DNA of 64,000 nucleotides from Octopus vulgaris (taxonomy: Eukaryota). A program made the translations under genes and the position numbers. How positions within the stretch are numbered: position 1 is the first letter of the stretch; every line of letters starts with the position of its first letter. This document shows positions 26,904 through 40,115 of this stretch, piece by piece. The notes below the pieces were generated by a model. The model saw nothing but the letters and a program-made list of their open reading frames with translations. It ran no database searches and had not been told where the DNA came from. The stretch spans positions 48,670,001 to 48,734,000 of the forward strand of contig OX597827.1 of the NCBI GenBank assembly GCA_951406725.2. The letters run 5' to 3'.

Positions 26904-27067
26904 TTGTTGTCCTCTTAAATAATTATATATCCGCTATATTGGAAATCTGCAATAACTCTATAACTACCGGCTCGGCTATAATCTTGGAGCCCCTAGTAAT
27001 ACGTTGCAGCACTTACCTAGCATATCTAATCGTTTAGATCACCTGTGAACTAAACCACCATACTTTG

Positions 27068-27113
<46 letters not shown>

Positions 27114-27164
27114 GAAATTTGCAGAAAAACAAAGACGAAGACAGGTGTATGAACAACAAGCAGG

Positions 27165-27661
27165 CTTGAAATTTTAAGTGGCACGGCTGCTTCAAATGTG
27201 GAAGGAGAAATGCCCCTCCCCGTGTCAGAACGACATTCGGGAGTCCAATTGAAGCATTTCAGCCAGGACATTCGGCGAAAGCGACCGTATATGTGGAGCA
27301 TGAAAAACTGCATTCTCACCGAGATTACCTCACTCGGGATTTTCTCGCCAAAAACAACATGGTATGGCTTGCGCAACCGCCGTATTGGCCAGCTTAAGTA
27401 CCTACGGACTTCGATTTCTTCACTCAGTTGAAAATACAGCTCAAATATCGTCGTTTCAACACCATTGTCGAGATCCAGAGAGAATCGACTCGCTTACGGA
27501 AAATGACTTCCAGCCCTGATTCTGAAAGTGGCAATACAACCTGGGAGCGGTGTATTGCTGCGTGAGGTGACTATTTCTGAGGAGATGAGGTTAAAACTCA
27601 AGTAAATAAGATTTTTTTATGAAACATAACTAGTCCGGGAATATTCTGATACCACCTCGTA
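27165..27661 (+). mobile_element. Mariner transposon 3' fragment with right TIR
   Basis: DFF..LKIQLKYRRFNTIVEIQRES...WERCIAA.GDYF-like C-terminus (frameshifted); ends ccgggaatattctgataccacctcg|ta. Confidence 0.75.
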
Positions 27662-28030
27662 CGGCCATCCAATAAATGTCTTAAGGCTGTATCATGCGCG
27701 GGGACATAGAAATAATCGGACTGAATACCTGATCGCGGTTAAACCTTTGGGAGTGAAGGACTCCTAGCCTTTGTTATGGCATTCTTCTAGGAGAAATTAA
27801 CTCAGGTAACTAGGATAACTCCTACATAAAACCTGCGGCGCAGTGGTTACCGATGATGTTGGCTTGTTCTTCTTTTCGGATTATGGCTGCTGTCGCTTAA
27901 TGAGTGGGATTGACTCAGTGCACAGCCTTTCCTCATTTAAAAAAAATCTTCTTGCACAGGCATTGCACGATAACAACATTGATTAAGGTTCGTGCAATGG
28001 CCATACTCAATAACGAGGGGGCAGCCACCA
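27662..28030. mobile_element. Unclassified interspersed repeat (possibly related to an RTE 5' UTR)
   Basis: GC-richer non-coding block ending at (TA)n; cttctaggagaa...aactc segment resembles RTE 5' UTRs; no second copy in the window. Confidence 0.3.
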
Positions 28031-28119
28031 TATATATATATATATATGAAACATGTTATAATGTATATATAAAAATTAAAAATTGTATAATATAGCAGCA
28101 TTTTCGAACTTCATTTTTT

Positions 28120-28159
<40 letters not shown>

Positions 28160-28164
<5 letters not shown>

Positions 28165-28505
28165 TGAGTAGACAAAAGAAAGAAGGGAAACTCAACACAT
28201 TTATTGGGAGTCACATGTATAGATTAAAATAGTTCGATTTAGACTCTTTGGTACTCTAAGATTCAAGCAAGTTGCTACTGTTCGGCGCGTGGCTACTCTT
28301 CAGACCCTATGGCCGATGACTATCCGCACACTGGAAATTGAGAGTACCAAGGAATCTGAATCAAACTGTTTCAGAGTGGAAGAACCTTGCTCGAAACGTA
28401 AAGCACTCTGTCTTCCCTTCCCTGAGCGACTTTTAATTCTTTGCATGTACTTCGGTTTGTTGTTTTTTCTTGTGATTTCTCTTCGCTTTTTACTTTTTAG
28501 ATTTA
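28160..28505. mobile_element. PLE pseudo-LTR-like remnant with inverted duplication
   Basis: 28160-28285 homologous to 13300-13430; 28226-28267 inverted at ~28330-28371; 28375-28500 homologous to 29655-29800; flanked by (TA)n. Confidence 0.65.
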
Positions 28506-28530
28506 CTTTATATATACATACATACATATG

Positions 28531-28577
<47 letters not shown>

Positions 28578-29825
28578 TAGAAAGTTGAAAAGGAACACAC
28601 GAGTTGATATATATATATATATGCTTATATGTTTATATCATTGACTGTGTGTGTAAGAGTGAGAATGTGTCTGTGTGTATGTATACGCAAACATTATTAT
28701 AGATTCATTGATCGCCCCAACAGAATGAAGAACTTTGACTACTTAAAAATATTTCTATTTCAGTATGAATATTTTCATACGTGTCTGCTGGCGTGGGTGT
28801 AAGAGTGTGTATGTGTATGTATATGCATGAATGTGTCTGTCAGAATTCATAAGTGCATATGTATGTGTTCGTGCTGTTATGAATGTTCTTAGAATATCAT
28901 ATCTGCTCTCGTAAATCAACCCTGCGTGAAATTCCAAGAGTTTAGGCCGCTTTGGTATACACCTAACTACTGATACTATAAATCTTACCACCGTCCTTAT
29001 CAAACAAAACCTCCAATCCTGACGCCCCCATTCATATTTCCTCGTAGTTTTGTTCTAGTTATATATTTTTATTTTTCTACTTTTTCTATTTTTATCTTAT
29101 GTTGTTGCTGTTTTTTTAAGGAGAATGGGATATTCAGTCAAATTCTTGGTAAACAAATAGTTATTTCCAACACATTTTAATCGATTTTATTAAAATTTGT
29201 CATTTTCTTCATTCTTTGATATTTGTTTGTTTTTTTTTGTTTTGTTTTGTTTTTTTTATTTTGCTATTTTCTTTTCTTGAAACTGTATTTAACTATAAAT
29301 CTTCTATTTACTACGTTCCATATATTGTCATTCTAGTATTTGTAAAGGGTGAGGTCTGTAGAATTATATGTGTATATAATATATTATGTGTGTGAGTGCA
29401 CACACATACGTATACTTACACATACAAACATATATACATGGCAAATGATGTAGCGGTACTTATGTAACAGGCGCGTGATACCGCTGTCAACAGATGGAAT
29501 ATACATCTGCTCTTTTACTATTCTTACACAAAACTTCGTTCAAATCATTCTGTTTATTTTGTTATAAAACTTCTATAAGTTTTATTTTATTATTAGGAAA
29601 GTATGTTTTTCAAATTAGGTGATCATTTCAAATTTCTTTTGTGAAATAACGTAACAGACAGAAGAGGAGCTTTGCTCGAAACGTAAAATACTCTTTCTTT
29701 TCTTCCCTGAGCATCTTTTAATACTTTGCATGTATCATGTCCTTGCATTGTTGTTTTTCTTGTGTCATTTTCTTCGTTTTTTTCTTTCTAGATTTTTTTT
29801 TATATATACATACATATATACACAC

Positions 29826-29835
29826 ACATAGATAA

Positions 29836-29896
<61 letters not shown>

Positions 29897-29957
29897 CAGA
29901 TAGATAGATTGATAGAAAGACAGATAGATAGAAAGACAGATAGATTGATAGAAAGAC

Positions 29958-30004
<47 letters not shown>

Positions 30005-30009
30005 CAGAC

Positions 30010-30084
<75 letters not shown>

Positions 30085-30099
30085 AAGACAGACATACAT

Positions 30100-30182
<83 letters not shown>

Positions 30183-30454
30183 TGTTTCTTTATTAGCCAC
30201 ACAGGGCTGCACACAGATAGAACAAATTACAAGGTAGAGCTTTTCTTTTGAAGGTTTAAGAAAAAAAAAAAAAAAAAAAAAAAAGGAAGGGGGAGTTTCG
30301 ATCAAAAGGGATCGTAAAAGGAGAGAAAGAGGACAAAAAAAAAAGGGGGTTAAAAAAAAGGGGGGAGGAAAAAAAAAATTGATCAATAGGGATCGTTATC
30401 ACAGAAATGTCAATATGAAGTGTAAAGGGGAGGACAGGTGAGGTTTACCCGTGC

Positions 30455-30542
<88 letters not shown>
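29826..30542. repeat. (GATA)n/(GACA)n array interrupted by an insertion
   Basis: Directly visible. Confidence 0.95.
30182..30455 (-). mobile_element. 3' end of a retroposon inserted in (GATA)n
   Basis: Minus strand is T/C-rich, UTR-like and ends cagccctgtgtggctAATAAAgaaacata; (GATA)n on both sides. Confidence 0.55.
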
Positions 30543-30543
<1 letters not shown>

Positions 30544-31356
30544 TGTGATACAGCTATGACGTCAGCCGGAAATTTTACAGAGTAACGGTTCACAAACAAG
30601 TTTCCTGCCATAACGATTTAAAGGACACTCCCAGGTGTATATTGTTGTCTTTTGGACTCTTACATCATAACGATCTGCCGCACCAAAGCTTCCTCAAGAA
30701 CAATAGTTAATTTTCCGCTTCGCTTGGCTTCATGTAAAGCCGGACGTATTAATGACCGGATAGATTTCCTCTCACCACCTCAGATGTACACTGATATACA
30801 TCAACACGTTCGTCACCCAATGCTTTCTCAGTCGAGTCTCATTCATTTATTATGATGAGTTGTTTACCATTAAGTAGTATTTTTATCCCACCTATTAGGT
30901 TGTCATCAAGTTACATTCTTATTACTTATGTCCATTTATTTTCTATAATGCATTATGCCTTCACGCTTGTATTTGTATATGTGTGTGTGTTCATGTCATC
31001 ATGACCTCCACTTATGTCAATATCACACTTCTAGGTAACTAAGCTGTTAAAACATTAAGGCCCCAATCGCTCAAATAACCGCCACATTATCTCATTCACC
31101 CACTGGCTATTCCCCAATAAAAGCATACACAGAGTCACACACACACACACATACACACACACACATACATTCACTTCTACCAGCAGACATACATACAGAT
31201 ATAGAGAGATAATAAATATACACACATATATATAGGGAGTATAATTAAATATAGGTTCATATATGTATGAATATATATGTATATATATATGTAGGTCCCG
31301 GGTTGAGTCGGGGTTAACCACAGTAAATAAGGTACTCAATACATAGCAGAGTAAAT

Positions 31357-31489
31357 TAATTTATTATATAGAAGGAGCTTCTAAAGGACTAGAACTGTTT
31401 CATTCAAAAGAAATCATCAGGAGCTTCCTGATGATTTCTTTTGAATGAAACAGTTCTAGTCCTGTAGAAGCTCCTTCTATATAATAAAT

Positions 31490-31491
<2 letters not shown>
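31357..31491. repeat. 135-bp near-perfect palindrome formed by two back-to-back hammerhead motifs
   Basis: taatttattatatagaaggagcttct...aaatcatcagga | gct | tcctgatgattt...agaagctccttctatataataaatta; one arm mismatch outside the centre. Confidence 0.95.
31420..31474 (+). ncRNA. Type I hammerhead ribozyme, intact core
   Basis: Stem I ggagcttc/gaagctcc (8 bp); CTGATGA 31428-31434; short stem II ttc-tttt-gaa; GAAA 31447-31450; stem III cag/ctg; GUA triplet with predicted cleavage after 31466. Confidence 0.85.
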
Positions 31492-31527
<36 letters not shown>

Positions 31528-31589
31528 GTGTGATAATACCTGATAAATCATAAATCAGTATATATTATACTTTTTGTCTTCTTCTATCG

Positions 31590-31755
31590 TTTATTTCTTT
31601 CAGTCATTTGACTGCGGCCATGCTGGAGCGCCGTCATGCTGGAGCAGATAGACGCTAGGACTTATTCTTTCTAAGCCTAGCATTTATTCTATCGGTCTTA
31701 TTTGCTGAACCGCTATGTTACAATAGCGGTTGTCAAACACGGACACACAAATACA
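31590..31755 (-). mobile_element. 3' half of SINE (family of 25584-25990)
   Basis: ttcagtcatttgactgcggccatgctggagc...ttattctatcggtc...gaaccgcta. Confidence 0.8.
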
Positions 31756-32003
31756 TACATATATATATATATATATATCTAATATAGGAGAAAGTTTTTC
31801 GAAAAAAAATCTTATCAATGACGAGCATATTAAAAAATACCTTTAATGTTCAAATTTATAAAGAACTAATAAACAAGGGCAAAAGAAAAAAATTCTAATG
31901 CCAAATATGCCGAAAATAGACAAAATGTCAATAACCATATCATTTATCACTATAAACATGTATCTCGAAGTAAGCCGACAGAAATTTCTTAAAAATTCCG
32001 TTA

Positions 32004-32064
32004 TTATCGTATCGGTCCCAATTTCAGAGTTAAGTCATAATAATTTTCTCCTGGTCAGCGATAA
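32004..32064 (-). ncRNA. Type I hammerhead motif with G8C core mutation
   Basis: Minus strand ttatcg-CTGACCA-ggag...ctct-GAAA-ttgggaccga-TA-cgataa; the mirrored arm has canonical CTGACGA at 32139-32145. Confidence 0.7.
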
Positions 32065-32167
32065 ACACGTAAGACATAAATGAAATACTTACTCGTGGGT
32101 ATGAGTAAGTATTTCATTTATGTCTTACGTGTTTATCGCTGACGAGGAGAAAATTCTTATGAATTAA
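32031..32167. repeat. Palindrome overlapping the hammerhead motif
   Basis: Arms of ~65 bp around the centre at ~32097-32100. Confidence 0.9.
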
Positions 32168-32169
32168 GA

Positions 32170-32277
32170 CCAGCGGGGTGGCGCCATTCGAAAGCGAAAA
32201 CAATGTGAACGCATTGTGACCAGCGATGTGTATCAACACCCGATGGTCTGGTCGGTCATGTGATCACGTGACGTGAT
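32170..32277 (+). mobile_element. 3' fragment of SINE (family of 35566-35857)
   Basis: ccagcggggtggcg...gcattgtgaccagcgatgtgta...ggtcggtca match. Confidence 0.85.
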
Positions 32278-32296
32278 ATATGTATGTATGTATGTG

Positions 32297-32340
<44 letters not shown>

Positions 32341-32954
32341 TATAGTGATAGTTCATATCCCTGAGGTAATGAGTGTTTCAAAGAATAAAATCTATGTATT
32401 CACAGGCGAAAAATCTTCGGAGTGAACCAGAGAACTAAGAACAGATACATGTTGTTATACCGGATACACATGTTTGGTACTTGCTACAAGATTTCATTGC
32501 AAGTCGTTATGATAAAATACACTAATGTACTTAGGTAGTAAACATCCTGGCACTGCAACAAATTTATATAGGTTTTCACCAAAAATTTATTAGAGTAACT
32601 ATAGAAGGATTTCTAATAGGAAAATATAAACTAAATGTAATCAATATATGAAAGCAGCCTTCGTATAGATATGCCACTTAATCTATCATAACTTAATTAT
32701 ATAATTTGTAAAATCAGCTTTGATGTTGTTATCAGTTGTAACAGTGTTCTATGAGTTGTGAGATTACTCTTAAATACACTACTCTTCAGAAATTTACAAA
32801 CACTCATTTAATTAGGCTCCTTGTTAGAAGTCTTTCAATCGTTCTCGCAAACGATTAAATATAACACGCCGGCCTGTAACTACAACTAGGTATGGCGAGA
32901 CTCAGCTTCAGAGCGATGTGATATAAATCCAATGCACGCTGCAAAGGATATGCG

Positions 32955-33295
32955 GAAAGAAGAAGAAGAAGAACAAAAAGAAGTGAGAAGTAGTAGTAGT
33001 AGAAGAAGAAGAAGAAGAAGAAGAAGAAGAAGAAGAAAAGGAGGAGAAGAAAAAGAAGTGAGAAGTAGTAGTAGTAGTAGAAGAAGAAGAAGAAGAAGAA
33101 GAAGAAAAGAAGAAGAAAAGGAGGAGAAGAAAAAGAAGTGAGGAGTAGAAGAAGTGAGAAATAGTAGTAGTAGAAGAAGAAGAAGAAGAAGAAGACAAAG
33201 AAGAAGTGAGAAGTAGTAGTAGTAGAAGAAGAAGAAGAAAAGAAGAAGAAGAAAAAGAACAACAACAACAACAACAACAACAACATCAACAACAA
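32955..33295. repeat. Compound (GAA)n/(GTA)n/(CAA)n repeat with higher-order unit
   Basis: Unit agaagtgagaa(gta)n(gaa)n repeated about 4-5 times. Confidence 0.9.
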
Positions 33296-35565
33296 TAAGT
33301 TAACTTGTACCTTGATGTAACGTCATATATTTGGTAATTTGTGGTAGCGTCATATATCTCCAGAGCTACCACGAACTTCGCCTGTAAAATTCTAATGTAA
33401 GAAGATAATACGTTCTTCCTTCGTACGTATACAATACCCCGCTCAGTACAAACAAAATGATACTCGTATCCAAAGAAATTTGCTTCAAAGGGTGCAACAT
33501 CTTCCACACACACACACACACACACACAGAGTTTCCACCCTAACTCTGACTTTCCAAATTTCTTTGCAGCTAACTCACTTTATTCTGTATATCATTAGCA
33601 GTTGCATTTCAGGTAACCTTAATACCCTTAAGTTGCAGTAAAACAAATTTTGCGCGAATGACAATAATCTCGAGTAAAATTGTTCCAAGTGGTGTTATAA
33701 CTTATTCATTTCAAGTAACAAGTATAACTCTACACCTCTCTTTCAATTTCTCTGAAGAGCCGCAACCAGGAATTGAAATCGTCTCTAATGATATGACTTG
33801 TATTTGAGAAAACCATTCGATACTTCAATGGATGAAGAAGTAGAATTTGTCCAGCAGAAAAAAAAAACGATACGAACTTAACTGTGTATGAGATTTAATG
33901 TTCAAATTTTTTGTTGTGGAAAGCTTCTAAATTTCTGGAAGCAACACACTCCCCGACACACTTTCATAGCCAGACTATTTCACGAACCACGTGGTGCAGT
34001 CCCCTTTCATGTAAACAAACTGGTAATGGTTATTTCCTTCTGTATCATTGAAGTCTGGTCAGCACTGGCTCGCAATGCATGCCATGAGATGAGCCACTTT
34101 GAAGTATGAGAGTCGGCCTACCTACTGTTTTGCGTAGATGTTTTGAATTGTTGGCGTTTAGTCCAATGCCAGTTATACCAAACATAGATATAAGCAAAGG
34201 TGTTCTAGCTGTGGCGAAAACCCCGCTTGTTTTTTCTTCGCTGCTTGACATTTGAATAATATGTGAAATTTTGCCAATCGCTATCCAAAAGACCGCTAAG
34301 ATGTTCGGTGATAGAATGAGAAAATATCTTTTGAAAATACCGAATGTTTATTACTTTTTTAAAAAGTGTATATTAAAACGTATACTATATATATATATAT
34401 ATATTACTTTATAACAGCACTATTGCATAACAGATTATGACAGACATTGCTGAAGGAAATAGTTTGCTTCTGTACATGTATCGAAATACACAGATGTAAG
34501 CTACAGGGGATATGACCTTTCTATCTTATAAAGAAGAAGCAAAAGTTAATTTGTAAGGTAATGTGAAACAAGTTGTGTCGTGATAGGCTCTCATGTCCTA
34601 AAACCACAAATATGAAAACATCTGCAAGTTTTACCGAAACTTTTGATAACATTAAGTTTTTCAAAGCGGCTTAGCGATGAAAATTTATATAGGCATATTG
34701 TCCACATTAAACAAAGTGCTCATAAAAGAATACAGCATCTGAATATATTTACATAATTTTAGAATAGATTATCCAGTAAAATATGAATCTACGATTACGC
34801 TTGTGAACATGTCCACCTATAATGAGTTTATATATGAAAATCGATTTCTTAAATTGGTCATTGAAAAAAAATGCAGATTAATACAGATCTGATGGAAGGA
34901 AGTGTTTGTGTAAGCGCTTTTTGCTGCATCTAGCGTTTCAAGGACGTTTGTTGGAAAGCTGAAAGCAGCGAAAAAACGCTTACAGCAGAGTAAAGGAGGC
35001 TAATGTGGTAGATGTTGCAGAAAGCAGAACCAGGTATACTGTGATCCCTTCAGAGAATATACGAGGTGCTTCTATCTCTGGCTAATTAATAACAGTGAGA
35101 CTAGAGTGACGCTAAGCCGTCCAGATATTGTCAAAATAATGTGACACATTAGGGTTTTTGGTTTAAAGAAGCATTAAGTGTCTATACTGATCCATTTAGG
35201 TGTAGCAATGACAAAATTAATAAAGATTCACTTTTTCTTCTGCAATATGTATGAAAAGGAGAAAACACGAACGTGAAAAATAAAGATAAATGCTTGTAGA
35301 TTGCCATGGATTTGAAAGTGTCTCAAAGTGAAAGATATAAAACTAAAGTGTCGGTCAAAGACACATCACTATGTAACATTAACACATTTATGAGCTTCTC
35401 ACTTTTATCACTCTCCCATCATATTCCTTTCTCTTTCGTTCTCTCCCTCTCTCTCTCGCATCTCTCTCTCTCCCCCTCTCTCTCTCTCTCTGTCTTTCAA
35501 TTTCGGATTATCATAGTAATTTATTGTAATATAGAGTCGTTCAAAGTATATATATATGATGGTGT

Positions 35566-35857
35566 GGAGGCGCAATGGCCCAGTGGTTAGGGCAGCGGAC
35601 TAGGTTTCGAGTCCCAGGCTGGGTGTTGTGAGTGTTTATTGAGCAAAAACACCTAAATGCACCACGAGACTCCGGCAACGGGTGGTGGTCATCCCCGCTA
35701 TTTTCTTTCGCCACAACTTTCTCTCTTTCTTCTGTTGGCCTGTTCACTTAGCCAGCAGGGTGGCGTCATTTGAAGGCTAAAACAATGCGAAGCGCATTGT
35801 GACCAGTGATGTGTAGCAACACCTGATAGCCTGGTCGGTCACGGTGATCACGGTGAT
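35566..35857 (+). mobile_element. tRNA-derived SINE sharing its head with 10279-10663 but with a different 3' half
   Basis: ggaggcgcaatggcccagtggttagggcagcggact head; diverges after ccacaactttctctc; ends cacggtgatcacggtgat. Confidence 0.88.
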
Positions 35858-38800
35858 ATGTATATATATATATATATATATATATGTCTGTGTATTTATG
35901 TATGTGTGTGTATGCATGCATGTATACGCGCACGTGTATGTGTGTGCCATTCATTGCAAACTCTGTAAATAAATTTTTAAAAACCACCAAAGTTAAAGCA
36001 GTAAGTTTTAATCTTTTCTCTAGTTCGGCTCTGCAGAGCATAAACATCTTCTGCTGCCTAAAATGATTTCCAAAGGTTTCGTAACAACACTATTTCATTT
36101 GAACAACTTTATAGCCGCTGTAATTTATGAAACATCTCTACAATTGCTACTACTTGTACACTCCATCCACATCCAGTCGATACAGCCTGATTGCCTCTAT
36201 ATGAAATTATATATAATCCACGCACTAATTACTAGATTTATTCTTTTTACTCAGAACATAAACATTTGGGACCATCTCACTACTTTCTTACATTTTTTTC
36301 TGTGGTTGTTTCTCTATAGCCTGCCAGGACCTGGTTTTATTAGTTCTGCACCTTCTTCTCTGACTACTGATAAAATAATTAAAAAAATTTCCCTGAACTG
36401 CAGTTTGGAGTAAGTTCATTATTTTTGTGGGGAAATATCTTTAAAGCTTATTCAGCGTTGATCAATACCTGCTGGTCAAAATAATACGAAATAGGCCATT
36501 CAATAAATTATTACATAAAAAGAAGCGTCGATCGATTAAATCAGTGGCTAACATCGTTAAGGCAAAAACTGATAGAAGCCAGGGAGATAGTGCCAAGTTT
36601 GTGATAAAAGAGATGAAAGAGCTAAACCTTCGTGATTTGTAATTCGCAAGATCAGAAATAGAATAAAAATATAATGTAAAAAAAAAAAAAAAAGTTTCGT
36701 GAGCAAGTAAGAACATACAAAAGGACTTACAAGGAACTTCGGATTGAAAAATCAATAGAAAATGGTAACTCTTACAAGCTGGAATTTCTCTTTGAAAATA
36801 GCTATTGTAAGATATTGCTGAATATTTCTCTGTAGTAATTGACTAAGTAATAGAGGTGCAGAGGTGCAGATGTGATTGTAATAAGGAAACAAATTATGAT
36901 ATGTAAAATAATATTATGTCAGCATCTAAGTGGAAATGAAAATATAAAGTAAAAGAGAAAACAACAGAAAAGACAGCCAAATTTATATGAACTTGGACAG
37001 AGAGCGATGAAAACCTCGAGACATATACGAGAAATTTATTTCTGTATTGATAAAAATACTGAGAATAACAAAGAATTGTTGAAGAGTCAGAGGTAATTGG
37101 AATCGAACATAGAAGACAATAATTTCATTCTATATGAATACTTATCAAAATACTTGAATATTTATTTCGACTATCGAAATATTCATAAAAATGAGGAGAG
37201 ATTTAAAGATGAAAGGTGTAAAAACTTCGGAACTCTTCTCCACTTCATATCAAACTTACTGATTGCACTTTGTGAGCCGTTTTTTGTAGTTACTACCAGC
37301 ACTACCTTCAGAAGATTCTATGGTTCTCTGTTCATAAAAGAGATATGTTACGGAAAGTATTCAATTAATAATGTCCCAAGATATGTACGTATAGAAATCG
37401 TTTCAAATATTAAAGAAACAACTTCAAATATTCCTAGTAAAAAAATATTTTCCAGGAGAGTTGTTCTTTCTTTTTTATATCATTTCTGACTCTAGATTAA
37501 TGCCAGTAAAACTATGAAGGGTATATTAAATGTATTATTTAAAAAATTACTAGCACCGTAAGTAGAAAAGAAACAAGAACATTCGATGGAACCTGAACAA
37601 AGTATGTAGAAAGGAATGAAAATATAATCTTTAGCGCATTTCCCACAGTGTTAAATCACCGTCATTCTTTTTTTTTCTGTATCTTTTTCATTGTTAGAAG
37701 ATATAAATGTATTGAACTTCAGTCGCTCCAATGTATTATATATAATTTACGCATATTTTCTGAGTTATACAAAGTAAATCTACCTCGGATGTGAAGAATA
37801 AAATTTACCGCGTAAAATCTTCGTAACATATAAAACAAACTTACAACTGAAAATCGTTAACGACAGTCATATTATATATTAATTTTCTCTTAATGTAAAC
37901 TAATTCTATGAATAATTGAGTATTCGTAAAGAATTTAATACAAGCAAAAGATGCCTGAAATATTTTTGACGAGCAATAAACTTCAAATTTAAAAAAATGT
38001 CCACATCTAATTAATTAATTCTCAGAAGAAAATGTCCATAAAATATTTTCTTCTGGAAAGAATAATATATGTATATTTTTTAATCATTTCTATCTCGATT
38101 CTTATTGTTTTCGAAAATAATTTAATTTTCTTCCATAATTTAAATTATGATGCACCTAAAGCAAATACACCGTTTGTTTGTCTTTTGTGTGTGTGTGTGT
38201 ATATATATATTTTTTTTTTACGTTATTTCCTTTCACGTTATCAGCATGCCTTTGTTTCATTGTCTTGTAATGTTTGGATTCCATAACTCGTATTCTAAAG
38301 ATGCTTTATGAGTTTGTCACTTGTCTGCCTTCACCCTCACCTTTCGAGAAATCAATACATTTTATATAATATAAAGAGCAATTATTTTAAAGCTATCGAT
38401 TTCAATATTGAGAAAAATATAAATATATAAAATCGCACATATAAGATTTTTTTTTTCATTAATAATAAAATTGCCTTAAATTTCTATTCTAAGGTGGAAA
38501 AATTTATGGTGCTTGGTCAACATTGGTTTAAAAACATTAAGAAAAAAATAATTGTTTTACTGAAAATTTCCCTGTGTTATTCAAATGATATTGAAGTCTA
38601 ATTGTACACATCTTTTCATCAAGATAGCCATCACATCATAATGCACATATTAAACAGTATTAAACGGTTCCATAATTTTATTATTACTAAGAATAACAAG
38701 CTATAATAAAAGAAATAAATTAATGGAAATATAATTTTAGCCGAATGATTAAGCAACAATGTATGAGTGCTTGTATTACTCTGTTTGTCGTCGTCGTTGT

Positions 38801-39638
38801 CGTCGTCCTTGTCGTTGTTTTACTCCAGGTCGAATCTGATCGATCAGGCCTCAGGTGAAAAGGGCTTTGAGCCAATATTAAAAAATATTGCTTTTATTAA
38901 GACAGTAGAATAGATTTGAAATACGTTTAGTAGCAATTTCTAGCAGACCAATCGTTTTGACGAGGCACATTCGTCGGGTATTGAGGCTGATTCTGTATTG
39001 TGTACATCTAAATCAGACACGATCAAGCCTATCTCTGATCTAAGTCATCTGTGATTCAATGTGTTTTATTGTCATTGTCGCTGATTTTGATGAAATGTGG
39101 CTGTTATTTCTTGCGCGATGAGTGACCGCGTAGACGATCACACGTTTACTCTTTTCCAAAACAGTGAAGTACGATTTTGGAGATGTTGCTGCTATTCCTA
39201 GTAGGTCGAGCGAGTATAAGCACGTTCGATCACGCGCCTATATATATATATATATATATATAAGTAATACAGTGATTGTTTCTTATCAGGAACAAAAATG
39301 TTTAATAGGACTGCTATAAAAGTGCTCAATTGAAAGAGACAAATATATCAAACTAAGGTCATAGAACAAACAAATGCAAGGTCATCCGCATAACATTTCA
39401 TAACTCAAACATTTAATCATAGAATATACATTTAAACATCACGGAAGATAGAACATAACTCATATGTACAAGCATATAAGAAAGCGCGAGAAAAATATGT
39501 GTGAATACATTTCATCACGGTTAAATGTTAATACTTTAGCGATTAAGGAAAATATATTAAAAAAAAAACATTACAACACCTAGAAAGTAAATACGTAAAA
39601 ATATAGTATAAATTAATATATAGATATATAGGTATATA

Positions 39639-39700
<62 letters not shown>

Positions 39701-39791
39701 GCATATAAAAATATATAATATATATAATGTAAAATAAAATAAAAGTTCATCGTTTAGAAAATTTTATAAAAAAGAGGAAACCATATTTACA

Positions 39792-39873
39792 TTCCCTATG
39801 CCCATTTCAGGGGTATATTATTGTGTTTAAAGCACTAGGGTGCATCACGATAATAACTCCTTCGTCAGGGGAA
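39792..39873 (-). ncRNA. Type I hammerhead ribozyme in PLE pseudo-LTR
   Basis: Minus strand ttccc-CTGACGA-(53-nt imperfect hairpin agg...cct)-GAAA-tgggca-TA-gggaa; AUA triplet; sense orientation relative to the PLE ORF. Confidence 0.8.
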
Positions 39874-40115
39874 AAACTAGAGAGACAGACATCATCGCAT
39901 ACCAGGCTAACACAATATTGTGTGCTTTCTTATTGAAGAAGTCATGCTCAGACGAGCCCAAAAGATAGAATTAAAGCAGTAAAGAAAAACATTTCTTTAA
40001 AGCATTAGAAATATATAGCAGTAAAAAAAAATGGGTGTATTAAATTAAATTAAATTAAATTAAATTAAACTAAATTGAACCTCCGTGGTTTCAAATCCTG
40101 TAAGACCTAAATTAT

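Noticed and set aside
32855-33295. Poly-Arg/Glu/Phe ORFs
   Set aside because: Products of the (GAA)n/(GTA)n compound repeat
34045-34251. Possible host exon (MSSSEEKT...LLISMFGITGIGLN, with a gtaggt donor-like site)
   Set aside because: Only a vague resemblance to a transmembrane segment; no recognisable domain or partner exon; needs RNA-seq or tblastn
36460-37490. Purine-rich stretch that looks like decayed coding sequence
   Set aside because: Multiple stops and no family motif I can recognise
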